The position numbers were made by a program, and so were the translations under genes. The notes under the pieces were generated by a model, which had not been told where the DNA came from, made no database searches, and was given only the letters and a program-made list of their open reading frames with translations. From Octopus vulgaris (Eukaryota), in contig OX597814.1 in NCBI GenBank assembly GCA_951406725.2, positions 89,652,001 to 89,716,000 on the forward strand: a DNA stretch of 64,000 bases, read 5' to 3'. Of the stretch, positions 40,875-54,282 are shown in pieces. Numbering within the stretch: position 1 is the first letter of the stretch; each line of letters starts with the position of its first letter.

Positions 40875-41842
40875 AAAACTCACTTTTTAATGTAATGAAA
40901 CAAGTTTGAGTGTTGTACTTTGGATAACTTTAAGTATGGGACAAACTTGACCACATAATCGATATCTTTAATAATGAAACAATATTATGGAGATCTATAA
41001 ATTTATGATTAATAATAGAAATGAGAATATTTGTAAAACCATGGAAATTCCACGGGAGTTGGTAATAAAGATAATATTATTGATAGAATGGAAATAAAAA
41101 GACGAAGGAGGAGGAGAAAAATAAAAGAAGAAAGCAGTGATGAAGAAGGAAAACAAGAATACGAGGAAAATGGAAATGCAGAACAGAAACGAAAAAGAAA
41201 AGGAGTTAAAAGTAGAAAGAAGGCGGATAATATGAAGTAATATTTGATAGAGAGTAAAGAAAAACAGAGGCGCAGAAGAAGAATAGAAAGTAGTAGGACT
41301 ACTCCTACTACTTTAGTAGTAGTAGAAGAAGAAGAAGAAGGAAAAAAAAAGAAGAAGGAAAAAGAGAAGGAAGAGGAGAAGGAGAAGGAGAAGAAATTTA
41401 TTGTAGGAGATTTCGTTAAAAAATTTCCGTGCTTGTAAATAGGATCACTAATCAAGTGAATGGATTCGTTTGAAATAGATTAATGACCTCCAGGTCCTGC
41501 ATTACCCAGTGTATGTTAAAATGATATTCTATGAAATGTATGAATATGTTGTGTGTCTGAGTGAAAGTATCAGTTGCTTAATTTCAACGCTGATTCTCAA
41601 CATTTATTGGCAATAGAAACTACAAGAAAAGAATGATCAAATGTTTGAAAGAAAATTGCAAAATGAAGAAAACGAAAACCGAAAAATAATAAGATTAATG
41701 GTAGCTTGAAAGTATCATCTTTATTGTAAGTTTAAAGCTATTTTTTTTTATTACGTGGGTTGTCGAATTTGTATATCCCTTCAATTTCTTGTGTGTTCAA
41801 ATTCCACTGTTTTTTCTTTTCTTATACTTTCTGGTCAATGCA

Positions 41843-42426
41843 AGGCGACCTTGCAGAATCGTTAGCACATAGGTCAAAAGGCCTGGTGGTATTTCTTCTG
41901 GCTTTTTACGTTCTTAGTGTAAACTGCATTGGGCTCGACTTTTCCTTTCATTTTTACAGGGTCGATAAAATAAGTACCAGTTCAGAACCAGGGTTGATGT
42001 AAGCGACTAGTCACCTTACCACAAATCCCACTTCTGTTTCAGTCATTGGACTATGGCTATGCTGGAGTATCGCCTTGAATTAGCTTATTTGAAAGAGTTT
42101 AACCGAATTTTCTTTTTAAAGCCCTGTACTTATTTTATCCGTCTTTTGGCCGAACTGCTAAGTTACAACCAGTACCGGTTGTCAAGCAGTAGGAATACAA
42201 ACACAAATACAAAGACACACACACAAAGATATATGCACACACACACATAAGTATGTATATACGTATGCATGTATATATACGACGGGCTTCTTTCAGTCTT
42301 CGTGTAGCTTATGGTCGGTTCGGGGTTATAGCAGAAGACACTTGCCCAGGATGCCACGCAATAAAACTGAATCCGGAACCATATGATCGGGGAGAAACTT
42401 CGTGCCTCACAGCCTTGTCTGCGCCT
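41843..42426. mobile_element. Tail-to-tail SINE pair: family C (+, 41843-42025) and family B (-, 42034-42426)
   Basis: GGGTCGATAAAATAAGTACCAG on the plus strand; TGTTTCAGTCATT...CACTTGCCCAGGATGCCACGCA marks the reverse family B copy. Confidence 0.78.
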
Positions 42427-42549
42427 TTGGTAAAAAGAAATATATGTACCAGTAATATGGAAAGGGCCTATTTCCGATTACAGAAGTGGCCTTGTTACAA
42501 TTAAAAAAATCTTTTTGAATTTGTTTTCAATAAGGGTAAAATGATAAAG

Positions 42550-42830
42550 ATCCCCTTCGGTCATTCAGTACCATGGGATTGCGTCTAGAAAATTACTCTA
42601 CGAGGCACAAGTCCAGGCATACCAGCCTCCCCTCTCCATGCCAGCAATGTTATCCAAGGGAAAGGCAGATACAGCTTGGCACCAGTGACGTCGCAACTCA
42701 TTACTACACCTGAGCGAATTGGAGCTACATGAAATAAAGCGTCTTGTTCAAGAACTCAGACCGGTCCGGGAATCGAACTCATTACCTCATGATTGTGAGT
42801 CCGACGCTCAAACCACTGAGCCATGCGCCT
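42550..42830 (-). mobile_element. SINE family A (third tail type)
   Basis: Colinear with 44824-45167. Confidence 0.85.
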
Positions 42831-43174
42831 TAACTAAATAATAAATAATATAAACAGCGCAAATTATCTCAATCAAGTCTGTGTTCTATATGTGAATGAA
42901 GTGTGCAATATTGATACACAATTAAGCAGGAAAGTTGGTGTGTGGTTCTCTAGCTGGAAGTAATACATAAGAAATGAAAGTAAACCTTTCTTCCTTTTGA
43001 TATTTAATTCAGTTTGCAACGCTTAATTCAATTATTCTGTTAAATGCTCGGCTTATAATCTAAGATTAGTAAAGGTAGAGCTATTAAATATGAGTCGGTT
43101 CGTGATCTGGGATAAACATTTCTTGTGTAGGAAGAGCTTTCAAAAAGATGGGTTCCGTGAGAAAAGAATATATG

Positions 43175-43269
43175 CAGTAGCAGCAGTAGTAGTAGTATAA
43201 CAGTATCATCATCATCATCATAATCATCATCACCATCACCACCACCACCACCACCACCACCACCACCAT

Positions 43270-43349
<80 letters not shown>

Positions 43350-43350
43350 A
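43175..43350. repeat. Compound trinucleotide repeat (TAG/CAT/CAC)n
   Basis: Read directly. Confidence 0.95.
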
Positions 43351-43629
43351 TCTACTAAATGGATCATCGCAGATTATCTTTTCATAATATATTATGTAGA
43401 GTGAAGAGGTCCTTCAAAGGATTTTTCGTTAAAGATGGTAGATTGACAGAATCCTTCGAGCGATAAAATAAATATCAGTCATGTAGTGGAGTTAGTTTAA
43501 TCGATTAATCCTTCCCTCCAAATTTTTACTTTGTGCCTTTTTTTTTCTTCAGAATTGATTAGTTGATTAGTTAGGAGGAATCGGTGCATTAGCAGAATTG
43601 TTCGAGCATTGGTCAAAATACCTTGCTCA

Positions 43630-43850
43630 AGGCGGTGAGCTGACAGAATCGTTATACACGCGGGGATAAATGCTTAGCGGCATTTCGTCCATCCTTACGT
43701 TCTGAGTTCAAATTCCTTAGAGGCCGACTTTGCCTTTCACCCTTTCGGGGACGATAAAATAAGTACCAGTTGAGCACTATGGTTCGATGTAATCGACTCA
43801 CCTCCACCTCTGAAATAGCTGGCCTTGTGCCAAAATTTGAAACTAATATT
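43630..43850 (+). mobile_element. SINE family C, full length
   Basis: GGCGGTGAGCTGACAGAATCG head, GAGTTCAAATT B box, CCTTTCGGGGACGATAAAATAAGTACCAG centre (resembles Nin/Deu-type domain). Confidence 0.88.
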
Positions 43851-44124
43851 TCATTCTGACTCTTTACGATCTGGTTAGTCAAGTATCAAGGTCGATTTAA
43901 CCGAGTGATTCAAGTAATGAGACTAAATTTTCTATGTGATGTTTTTTATTTTAAAAGCGGATAATGGTCTAAAGTTCCAACAGGCAAAAAATTATTTGAA
44001 GAATTGCAGCGACCACATGTAATGTTAAATTTGAAAGTCATAGTGACGGAACAATGCCAGAATCATTTATAATCAAGAGGATATAGCGGAAGCCTGTCAC
44101 TCTACACGACCTAAGTCGTCGTCA

Positions 44125-44395
44125 GAAGAAGGAGAAGAAGAAGAGAAAAAGGAAGAGAGAGAAGAAAAAAAGAAGAGAAAGGAGAGAAAAAAGAAGAGAA
44201 AGAAAAGAAAAAAGAAGAGAAAGACGAAGAAGAGAAAGAAGAAGCGAAAGAAGACAAAAAGGAATAAGAAAAAGAAGAGAAAGAAGAGGAAGACGAAGAA
44301 GAGAAAAAAGACAAAAAGAAGAAAAGAGAAAAAGAAGAAGAAAAAGAAGAGAAAAAAGAAGAGAAAAAAGAAGAGAAAGAAGAAAAAGATGAAAT
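44125..44395. repeat. GA-rich low-complexity tract
   Basis: AAAGAAGAG-type units; accounts for ORF 44111..44416. Confidence 0.9.
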
Positions 44396-44658
44396 AGATC
44401 GTATAGGTCGTTTCAAAGTTGTAAGGTCAATACAATTGAATCTCAGATTGATATTTGCATGGTCTTATAAACAGAGTGAGCTCACATATATATTTTTGTG
44501 AAGGAAGACTGGAATAGTATGTCTAAAATGGTGTGTGGCTATATATACCACAGAAGTGATACGCAAATAGCAAGTGGTACGTAAACTTACTAGTACTAGT
44601 ACAACAGTAAGAGAAGCAGCAGCAGCAGTGGTGGTGGTAGTGATGGTGGTGGTAGTGA

Positions 44659-44689
<31 letters not shown>

Positions 44690-44823
44690 CGCGGCAGTAG
44701 CAACAGAAGGTAAAACCTGGGTAGATAGTGTGAGATAGAGATAATGACGGGGCAGAGATAATGAAGAAGTGGCAGCGATGTAATTGATGTTTTCTTAACT
44801 CCCAGATCAGCCCCTGATTGGGT

Positions 44824-45167
44824 TGTTGACTTGTTGACCCCCTTCGGTCACGACACTGTCCATGGGATTGCACCTAGAAAGTTACCCTCCTAGTCACAAG
44901 TCTGGGCAAGGTGGTTTTATGAAAGGCCAGCAGTCGCCCATGCATACCGGCCTCCCCTCTCCACGCCACCAGTGTTATCCAAGGGAAAGGCAACGGCCGA
45001 TACAGCTTGGCACCTGTGACGTCGCAACTCATTTCTACAGCTGAGTGAACTGGAGCAACGTGAAATAAAGTGTCTTGCTCAAGAACACAACACGCAACCC
45101 GGTCTGGGATTCGAGCTCAGAACCTCACGATCGTAAGCTCGACGCTCTAACCATTGAGCCATGCGCC
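44824..45167 (-). mobile_element. SINE family A (third tail type)
   Basis: TSD CCCTGATTGGGT at 44812-44823 and 45166-45177 (boundary uncertain by ~2 nt); Pol III boxes. Confidence 0.92.
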
Positions 45168-45827
45168 CTGATTGGGTAAACCTATGATAAAAGGGGAGTC
45201 AATCTTCACCATCTTCTATTCCTTTTTATCCAGGCACAGTACATCTAGGACTACGTGATCCAGCATAAATTATCTTTTAAGGAAGCAAGATGTGATTTGA
45301 ATAGATCTGGGTACTATTTTTAGCAACCACTTTGAAGCTTCCATGCTGCGTGTGTATGGCGAGTGAAATGTTTTTTATCCATCAGTCAAATGGATTTTCC
45401 TTTCGGCCGTTATCTTCAATCATGATCGATGATAAAATCATAAATGGGTTATAGGCTTTCTTTTTCATTACCAGAAATAGAAAGAGCTGCTCAATATATC
45501 GTCAGCCACACGACTCACAATCTGGTAATTTGATATCTTGTCAATTCGGCCATGTCAACCCACAATAAAGAATGAACGCCTAAACTACCAAGTTAACAGA
45601 ATCAGAATTCTCAATAATAAGATGTATTGTTCGAATGTCTCCAACTATATAAACAAATACCCTATCTTAAAGACGCAAAAATAACATTGCAGAAAATAGC
45701 AGCCGGTTTTTGTGTAACTTAATTCCATTATAAAAATTTCGATTTTCAGCAAACAAAATAGTAATATTATCAATACTTGAATACAATGCAGACGTCACAC
45801 TTCCTCTCATTCTCTTATTTTAACTGG

Positions 45828-45949
<122 letters not shown>

Positions 45950-47323
45950 GCTCTTTCTTTCTTTCTTTCTTTCTGTTTCTTTGATTCTCTACTCCCTTGT
46001 CACCAGTCTTATTTACTTTCTATTGATCCCTTACACGCCATCTTTTGTTAGTCTTTATCTCCTTCACTTATCTACCTTCTAGTAGCTCTCTTGCATTCTT
46101 CGTTTTCTCTACATACTATTTCGTTGTCTGTAGTATCGATACTTTTACACAATACATAAACCGCCATTTCCTTTTTCTTTTCCCTCAACTCAACTCTTCT
46201 TTTCTCACATTCTTTTTACATTATCGTACTTATCCTCTTAATAAACTCATCCTTTTTATTTTTCTGTCGCTTTCTCTAATTTTCCACTATTTTCGCACTC
46301 TTACTTTCAGCTTTTTCTTTAAACACACATACATACAAGAAGCATCCACAAAACCATAGATACTGAGAAACTCAAACATGTACACACAAGCACACATGCA
46401 CATAAAGATTTCACAAGCTCATTCACATACGCAAGGACGCATGCGTACACAAACTTGCACACACATATATATATACACATACTCATCCAATATACATGTG
46501 CATAAACACACACATCTGAGTTTTATTTTATATTTTATCTCTAAAATAACCAATCATTGAAGTTTGTTTACGTTGTAAATGTTAAACATCGATAGAAATG
46601 GTTTTTTTAAACGTTTTAGCTTTATATTACATTTATTATAGTAATATATGCTGCGACTGATGGCAAACATATTTTGTTTTAGTATTGTATGATGTTGTTT
46701 CGCGCAAGGTCAGAACTGATCAAGGAAAATTATATGTATAATTATTACTATCTCAGGTGTGATAAATAATATTATTTATGCAGAATGTGTTAGGTTTACT
46801 GCTGTTTTTTCTTTTCGTGGACTTTGAAATGAAATTGTGTAATATTCTTGCGTTTCCCAATGGTATTACTGTAGAATGAAGTAAAATTACTTGTATTAGG
46901 TACAAAACTTGCTCCATTGAATCTATACACCAGAAATGTGGCATTTCTTCTACAAATTCGGAAGTCAAAGAAAATATTAGCATGTCTGTAGCATTCCTTA
47001 AGTTTAATAAAATATTTGTCCTTGACCGATTCAAATGAAAAACCTCATTAAATTTTGGGCCACCAGAAGCAATAATGATTAATACTACAGAAATCGTTGT
47101 AGTATAATTCATTTTAGAGGCTGTTTACAATTTAAACTACATTCTGGCTGACAGCTCCCGCGAGATGCTTCAAACATCTTGTCATAATTTAAAATCTTGT
47201 CACTTTGATGATATATTCATTGTTTCCTGTTATTACTGATGCTTCATTTATGTTTATTTGTTCATATGTTATATGGATGTTTGAGATGCATGTGTGAAAG
47301 TAGGTACTGACATACTTATGTCC

Positions 47324-47610
47324 GTATGTATGTATGTATGTATGTATGTATGTATGTATGTATGTATGTATGTATGTATGTATGTATGTATGTACGTACG
47401 TATGTATGTATGTATGTATGTATGTATGTATGTATGTATGTATGTATGCATGCATGCATGTATGTATGCATGTATGTATGTATGCATGCATGTGTGTTTG
47501 TATGTATGTATGTGTGTGCGTGTGTATGCATGTATATATGTATGTATGTATGTATGCATGTATGTACGTACGTACGTATGTATATATGTATGTGTGCGTG
47601 TGTATGCATG

Positions 47611-47644
<34 letters not shown>

Positions 47645-47970
47645 TGTATGTATGTATGTATGTATGTATGTGTGCGCGTGAGTATGTATGTATGTGTGCG
47701 TATGTGCGTGTGTATGTATGTATGTATGTCCATGCTTGCATGTATATATGCATACATGTATGAATTTAAGCATGTATGTGTGTATGTATGTGTGTGCGTA
47801 TGTATGTATGTATGTATGTATGTAAGTATGTATGTATGTATGTATGTCTGTGTGTATGTATATGTGTATGTATGTACATATATATGTATGTATGTATGTA
47901 TGTAAGTATGTATGTATGCATGTATGTATGTATGTATGGATGTATGTTCGTACGTATATGTGTTCGTACG
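47324..47970. repeat. Long degenerate (TATG)n
   Basis: Read directly; accounts for all ORFs in 47189-48060. Confidence 0.97.
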
Positions 47971-48199
47971 TATTTGTGTATCTTCTCCTGGTTTTATTTT
48001 CCAAATTTCAGGCCACCACAGAAACAGGACAATATCAATAGAATGTTCTTGTACATATAAATGTGCATATGTTTCAGGTATTCATATTTATGTATACATA
48101 TATACGTACATGTGTACATGCACACCTCTATGCTTATGCACATATGTGCATATGGACATGGGTGCAGGCCTCGATGTAATTGTATGTATGAATCTTATT

Positions 48200-48580
48200 A
48201 CATGCTAAATTTAATGCCTATTTACATATTTTGACAGTTCTTTTGTTAACTTGTAGCTTTAATCTTCTGGTTAGGCCTGTTCTTTCTGCTTTGGTGAAAA
48301 TCAGGTTCTCAAAATTGGTACTGAGCCATTTAGTCACATAGCCAAGTTTTCTAATTATCGGTACAAATCTAGAAATGTAGGCTGCATAGAGAAACCACAT
48401 ATTTCTCATCAATTCGGTGTAGTTATTTTCTGTTTTCGTTTATGAATGACAGTATGTTGACATATAACGGGCAACTGATTTCAACTACTGTACATAATGT
48501 CTTTTCTCTGTCCGGGTAGTTATGTCTGCTGAGTTCTACTTGCCGTTTATTTTGGAGACTTCACAGGGACAGTCCGTCTG
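48200..48580 (-). mobile_element. R4/Dong-like LINE 3' fragment (REL endonuclease)
   Basis: DREKTLCTVVEISCPLYVNI / ENNYTELMRNMWFLY..Y..RFVPII..LGYVT...TVKICK. Confidence 0.75.
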
Positions 48581-48597
48581 TATTATTTCATATTAGG

Positions 48598-48948
48598 TAA
48601 GACGGCGAGCTGGCAGAAAAGTTAGTACACCGGGCGAAAGCGTAGCGGAATTTCGTTTGCCGTTACGTTCTGAGTTCAAATTCCGCCGAGGTCGACTTTG
48701 CCTTTCATCCTTTCGGGGTCGATTAAATAAGTACCAGTTACGCACTGGGGTCGATATAATCGACTTAGTCCGTTTATCTGTCCTTGTTTGTCTCCTCTGG
48801 GTTTACCCATTTGTGGGTAGTAGAGAAATAGGTATTTCGTCTGCCGCTACGTCCTCAGTTCAAATTCCGTTGAAGTCGACTTTGCCCCTTATCCTTTCGG
48901 TGTCTCCTCCAAAATTTCGGGCCTTGCGCCTAGAGTAGAAAAGATTAT
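48598..48948 (+). mobile_element. SINE family C with partial second unit
   Basis: Head GGCGAGCTGGCAGAA; the body restarts at GTATTTCGTCTGCCGCTACG (~48832). Confidence 0.9.
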
Positions 48949-49413
48949 TTTATATTAGGTGCACTTATACCCCCACCCACCACATCACTAATTTCTGATA
49001 TTGTCCACTCAGGATTAACCTATATAATGTATCTCATGATATACTGTTTTAAGTATGTATAAGTATGAATGTGTTCGTGTACGTGTTTATGTGCCTGTGG
49101 GTAGCTAAGTCTCTGTGGATAACAGCTCCACTCCTACTCTCTAAAAGTGTTGCATTTTCCCCTATAAACACACATGCATTCACGAGCGCACAAAATTGCA
49201 CAGATCTACACACACGCATCACATAAATTTTAAAATAATTTTAAGAAACCGAGTGCAAATGAAAATGTGACGTCACTAATAACATTGCAGTAGGGCAAGG
49301 GAGGGCTTTGACATCGAATTAATTAATTAAATTAATCTAATAATTAATCAACTACTTAGTTAATTGATAAAATAACGCTGAATTATAAAAGTGCATAATT
49401 TTTTATGTATATA

Positions 49414-49474
<61 letters not shown>

Positions 49475-49989
49475 AACATACATACATACATACATACATA
49501 CATACATACATACATACATACATACATACATACATACATACATACATACACACATGCTCTCTCTCTCTCTCTCTCGCACACACACACACATACACACACA
49601 TAAACTTGTGCACACAAACATATAGGCCGTGTGCGAACTTCCGCCTTGGATTGCTCATGGTTGATCATTGATCTCCAATAATTCTCTGTTCACCTCGATA
49701 AATGGATGAGTCACAAGAGAATAAGGAATTTATAAATTGTTTCAGTCTTCGTACACGAAGATTACTGCATTATTTCTTTATTATTAGTTTTCTTACATCA
49801 CAACCTCTCAACCAAACAACTACGTTCCTCTCCGATATATGTATGAACGTATGAATGTCCTCTTTCCCTTTTTAACTGAGAATAAATTTTGGGAGAAAAT
49901 TTGTGAAGGAAAGCATCCTGTTTTGTTCATCATACTTTAAATCTTAAGAGTGTCTTGCAGATTTTATAGTCCCAGATATCGTAATCATT

Positions 49990-50585
49990 TGTAGCATATG
50001 AGTTAAGAAATTTCATTTTTTCCCCAATATCCCAAGTCCAGCTATACTTTGCTTCCAGACGGGGTGGTATGTATCTGTTGCTCCAATAATAATTACCTAT
50101 GAAGCTGAAAGTATATCTTGGATACTGGATTTGAAAATTCCTTATCAGTGATCCATTAAAGTCCTCTTTCTTTTGTATTTTTTAACCACAATGGTGTCCA
50201 GAGAGCAGTTGATTTCCACAACAAAACTTAACTTTTCCTTGTGTTCCCAGACAACAATATCCGGATGGTTGTGTTTTAAGTCGATGGCTTTTTAATTTTT
50301 AAGTTCCCCGAATATTCTTTAGACCCATCTGTCTCAGTATAGTCGATTTCATTTGTAGGTAGTTTCTTTCTTGTTATCCTATTCCAGAATGTTCTGGTCA
50401 TTGCATCATGCTTCATGGGAAGATGATATCTGGAAGGACATTCTCTCACAGTTGGTAATAATGTGGTTGATGGCTTCAGTCTTGATCTTATACAGCCTAC
50501 ATTTGCTGTATAAGAGGAAGACTGATCTTATACTCTACTCGAGGCTATTTTGTACATCTGCAGTGGTTACATTATCCTTGGATGC
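49990..50585 (-). mobile_element. R4/Dong-like LINE fragment (CCHC knuckle + REL)
   Basis: KCRLYKIKTEAINHIL..RYHLPMKHDAM, KHNHPDIVVWEHKEKLSFVVEINCSLD, IIIGAT. Confidence 0.78.
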
Positions 50586-50614
50586 AGTCCAAATTACCGT
50601 ATCCAATACGGCAC

Positions 50615-51145
50615 TGTTAGAAGGCAGGTTTAGAGAGGGCGCGGGTTAAGATTACGCACACTTTCCCTCCATTGGTTAGTTGAAGTTTAGACAGTGTCAC
50701 GTGACAACTACCTGGCGCTGGTTGCTGGAGCCTGCCGGCGAGTATTTAGAGGGAGATTTGGCAGGATAGTCAGTCGCCTGCTGACACTCGTTGATGCTGC
50801 ATCGAAGAATCCAGGGAACAGAGGAAAGAAGGAGAAAGAAGAAATGCACTTAACACCAGAGCTGAAGACACCTCCGAAAAGTGGGGCCCTGCCACGTCGA
50901 AAACGGTAAAGGAGTAGGGGGCGAAACCTGACGTGGTACCTCCTAATGATATATCTAGCCACTGGATCCTATAAAGGAACTGTTGAGGTTGCAAACCACG
51001 AAACGTGGTTGGAATTCCTTCTTCTGTAACCCTAAGAGGAATTCTATAGATTCAGGTTCGAATCTATGTGCCCAAACGAAATCCACTATTTTTTCTTACG
51101 AAATCCACTATTTTTTCTTCCTTCTCAAGGAGAACACACTCGTAG

Positions 51146-51147
<2 letters not shown>
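50615..51147 (+). mobile_element. Possible solo LTR (GC-rich island with promoter motifs)
   Basis: TGTTAG...GTAGCA ends, ATTGG, palindrome TGTCACGTGACA, TATTTA-like box, exact 22-bp tandem duplication at 51076-51119. No TSD found. Confidence 0.3.
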
Positions 51148-51187
<40 letters not shown>

Positions 51188-51239
51188 ACATATACACACA
51201 CACATAGCTGGAACAACGTGAAATTGGATATATAAATAC

Positions 51240-51274
<35 letters not shown>

Positions 51275-51284
51275 CATATATATA

Positions 51285-51542
51285 TTACGGAGATGTACCT
51301 GCATAGCGAGTGACCTGATCTGAGATCGTGTGCTGGAACGAAAACAATTGCAGCGTGGTAGGTATTTATAAGCCATTTAAGTAACACAAAAAAAACATTA
51401 GATTCACTTCAACATTTAAACAGGTCGCGGTTTCAAAGCGACGAAAATGTTTTGACAAATTAAATTTAAATGTTGAAGTGAATCTAATGGATTTTGTGTG
51501 TTTCTTAAATGGCTTATAAACACCTTCCACGCTGCAATTGTT
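51285..51542. mobile_element. Fold-back PLE pseudo-LTR-like fragment in (TA)n with half HHR in the loop
   Basis: 78-bp arms 51343-51420 and 51465-51542; loop contains GTCGC-GGTTTCAAA-GCGAC-GAAA. Confidence 0.7.
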
Positions 51543-51884
51543 ATATATATAGTATTAATCAAAATACAGAAGACATTTCGTATTTTAAGCTCTATAAATT
51601 ATTACACGTTTCTCGGTAAATTCAATGACAAAACTGCACAAACATTTGGAGAAATTCCATAATCTTATCGATTTATGTCATCAGTCGTTTTGGCAAAAAA
51701 GCACGGCATATATAGTTATATAATTACCGACAACAACAACGGGTGACAGTTGTAATAGAGTAGAGAAAACACAAGATAGAAATGTCCATGCAAGTAGGAT
51801 GGTGAAAGACACAACTTTACATACTTGCTTATGTACATACAGATATACATTCATATACACCTACAACCGTTCACATATATACAT

Positions 51885-52734
51885 TGAACCACTTTGTTCT
51901 ATCTACTTGTTTAACGAATGTCATCAAGATAGGCCGATACATTTTTGTGAGAGTCTTAGTTGAAATAAAATTCCGCATCCTCAATGTCGTCTTAAATGCT
52001 TAGCATGACGGATTGTTGCCATACGTTCATGTAATTGGAACTTGTCCCAGTATCATCGAAATGGAATGGTTAAATTTATCCTTTCGATGATAAGCTACAC
52101 CATACTGTAACACTCGATGAACTAACATGATATTCCATCGTAATATGCAAATTCTCAGATCCTAAATGGTGCAGTTGTAATGGTTAATGGAAATATTTAG
52201 ATTAAATATCGTTCGTCACTTCAAACAATTTTACTACATGCAAAATCCACTCTCCAGCTCGGATCATCTTCCTTGAGATCATGGGCTAATCTGTGTGTGT
52301 AATGTTTCCAATGAATTTCTTCAAAATGTGATGGACACTTAATTTCGAAATTCCTAGCGCACGACTCGTTTGTTGCAGAGGTTTTCTTGAACTCTGACAA
52401 TACTTTCCCGGTATCCTTTCCTGCTTGCTTCGTCGGGCTCATCAATGTTCATTGTCCCCCAGTACGTTTCTGATGGATATCTACTTCAAACTTATCTCTA
52501 ATTCGCGTGACAGTATGCAGCGTCGGTAGATCTATTGGAAACTCCGCCCATCCCTCCAAATGTGCTTACACATCGATTGCGTTCCCAATGCTCCAGTAGC
52601 CCTTTAGGTTTAATTTCCTCCGTTCTAAGTCCATTCTGGCTTCTTCCATTACCCAATGGGTGAAAGCAAAATAGAAATGAAAATCAAATGAATTATCAGC
52701 TGTTAAAGTGCGTACACATTTTTGAGATACTCAG
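51885..52734 (-). mobile_element. Tc1/mariner-superfamily relic, 3'-truncated
   Basis: TA|CTGAGTATCTCAAAAATGTGTAC end; PTLHTVTRIRDKFE, WKHYTHRLAHDLKEDDPSWRVDF, V*SDE, INHYNC, VTVWCSLSSKG..PFHF, EFYFN*D. Confidence 0.85.
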
Positions 52735-53589
52735 TATGTATGTATGTATGTATGTATGTATGTATGTATGTATGTATGTATGTATGTATGTATGTATGTA
52801 TGTATGTATGCATGTATGTATGTATGTATGTATGTATGTATGTATGTATGTAGGTAGGTAGGTAGGTATATATATATATATACGTATATGTGTGTGTGTG
52901 TTCGAGCGTATGTCTATATATGTAAATATATGTATACGTATTTCTTTCCTTTTATAACTCATATGTATATATACATGCCCATATATACATATATATGTAC
53001 ACACACACACATATATTTAAGTATAGATATACGTATATAAATTATAGACGTATATGGAATATGTAAATATATATGCATTCCTATACTGTATAAAATACAT
53101 ATGAATTGCATACACATATACAAATGCACACGCACGCACATCTCAAACACACGGCACACACACACGCGCGCACAGAATGCTGAAATAATGTTTGATTGCT
53201 TGATGTTACTGAAATGCACCATGTTGCTTCTCTCATCTCCTCCTATTCAATTTTCTATAATCATTATGAATGCACGGAACTGAAGTTGTGTCATGCATCC
53301 GAATGAAACTCTTATAGAGTTAACAATAGACAAAACAAGATAAAATGAAACAGCATTCGCTCGCAATTCTTTTCAGAGATTATTTAAAGGTTGTTCAAGC
53401 TGGCTTTTGACTTACTTTCGTTGCAGTTATAACATTTATTTGTCAATACTTCTGTAACTTGCTGAGATATCAAACTATATTCAGCTTTCAGCCTTTCATC
53501 AAGCGTACTATACGTAGTTCGTGCGTGTTTCTGAAATATTCGAATTTATTAACATGGCAGACTTAGAACTATATAAACCGACAGATCTA

Positions 53590-53678
<89 letters not shown>

Positions 53679-54235
53679 GTCACTCAACCTGTCTGTCTGT
53701 TTGTCTGTCTGTCTCTCTCTTTCTCTCTCCACCACACACATTTACCCATAGAAATACATTTCAACTTGCTTTGCAAACAATATAGCAGATTAAGCAGGAG
53801 AAACGGAAATTTAAAAGAAAAAAATGAACATCGTTATATTTTAAAGTGGAAACGGTATTTTTTGAAACATTCTACTTTTGGCAATTTTATAAACATAAGC
53901 AACATTTAATGGTCTTTATTCAGCTGAAGATCCTGACTGTATACAACAATCATCTGAACTCAATTTTCATACGTCGTATTTCACTCTTTAAACGCTCTAG
54001 TTATTCACATTCTTCTTACACTGTAGAAATACATTTACATTTTTACTCGACAGCGGATTCTCAAGAAATAAGAGAACATTATATGTAGCAACTTAACCTA
54101 GCTCTCCTTATTCTGAAGTTTATGAGATTGTGAGAAAAAATACCGGGCACCGCCACGTCTGAGTTAGTTATTAAACTGTGCATTAATCTCTGAGTTAGTA
54201 TTACAGTTTTATTACGCCATGAATCTATCCACCTG

Positions 54236-54282
<47 letters not shown>

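Noticed and set aside
41009-41455. 148-aa hydrophobic ORF and its K/E-rich antisense ORF
   Set aside because: Produced by a purine-rich low-complexity tract.
47189-48060. Longest ORFs in the track (up to 271 aa; HTYI/MYVC repeats) and similar YI/HT/CV/YLSI ORFs throughout
   Set aside because: These are translations of stop-free microsatellites, not genes.
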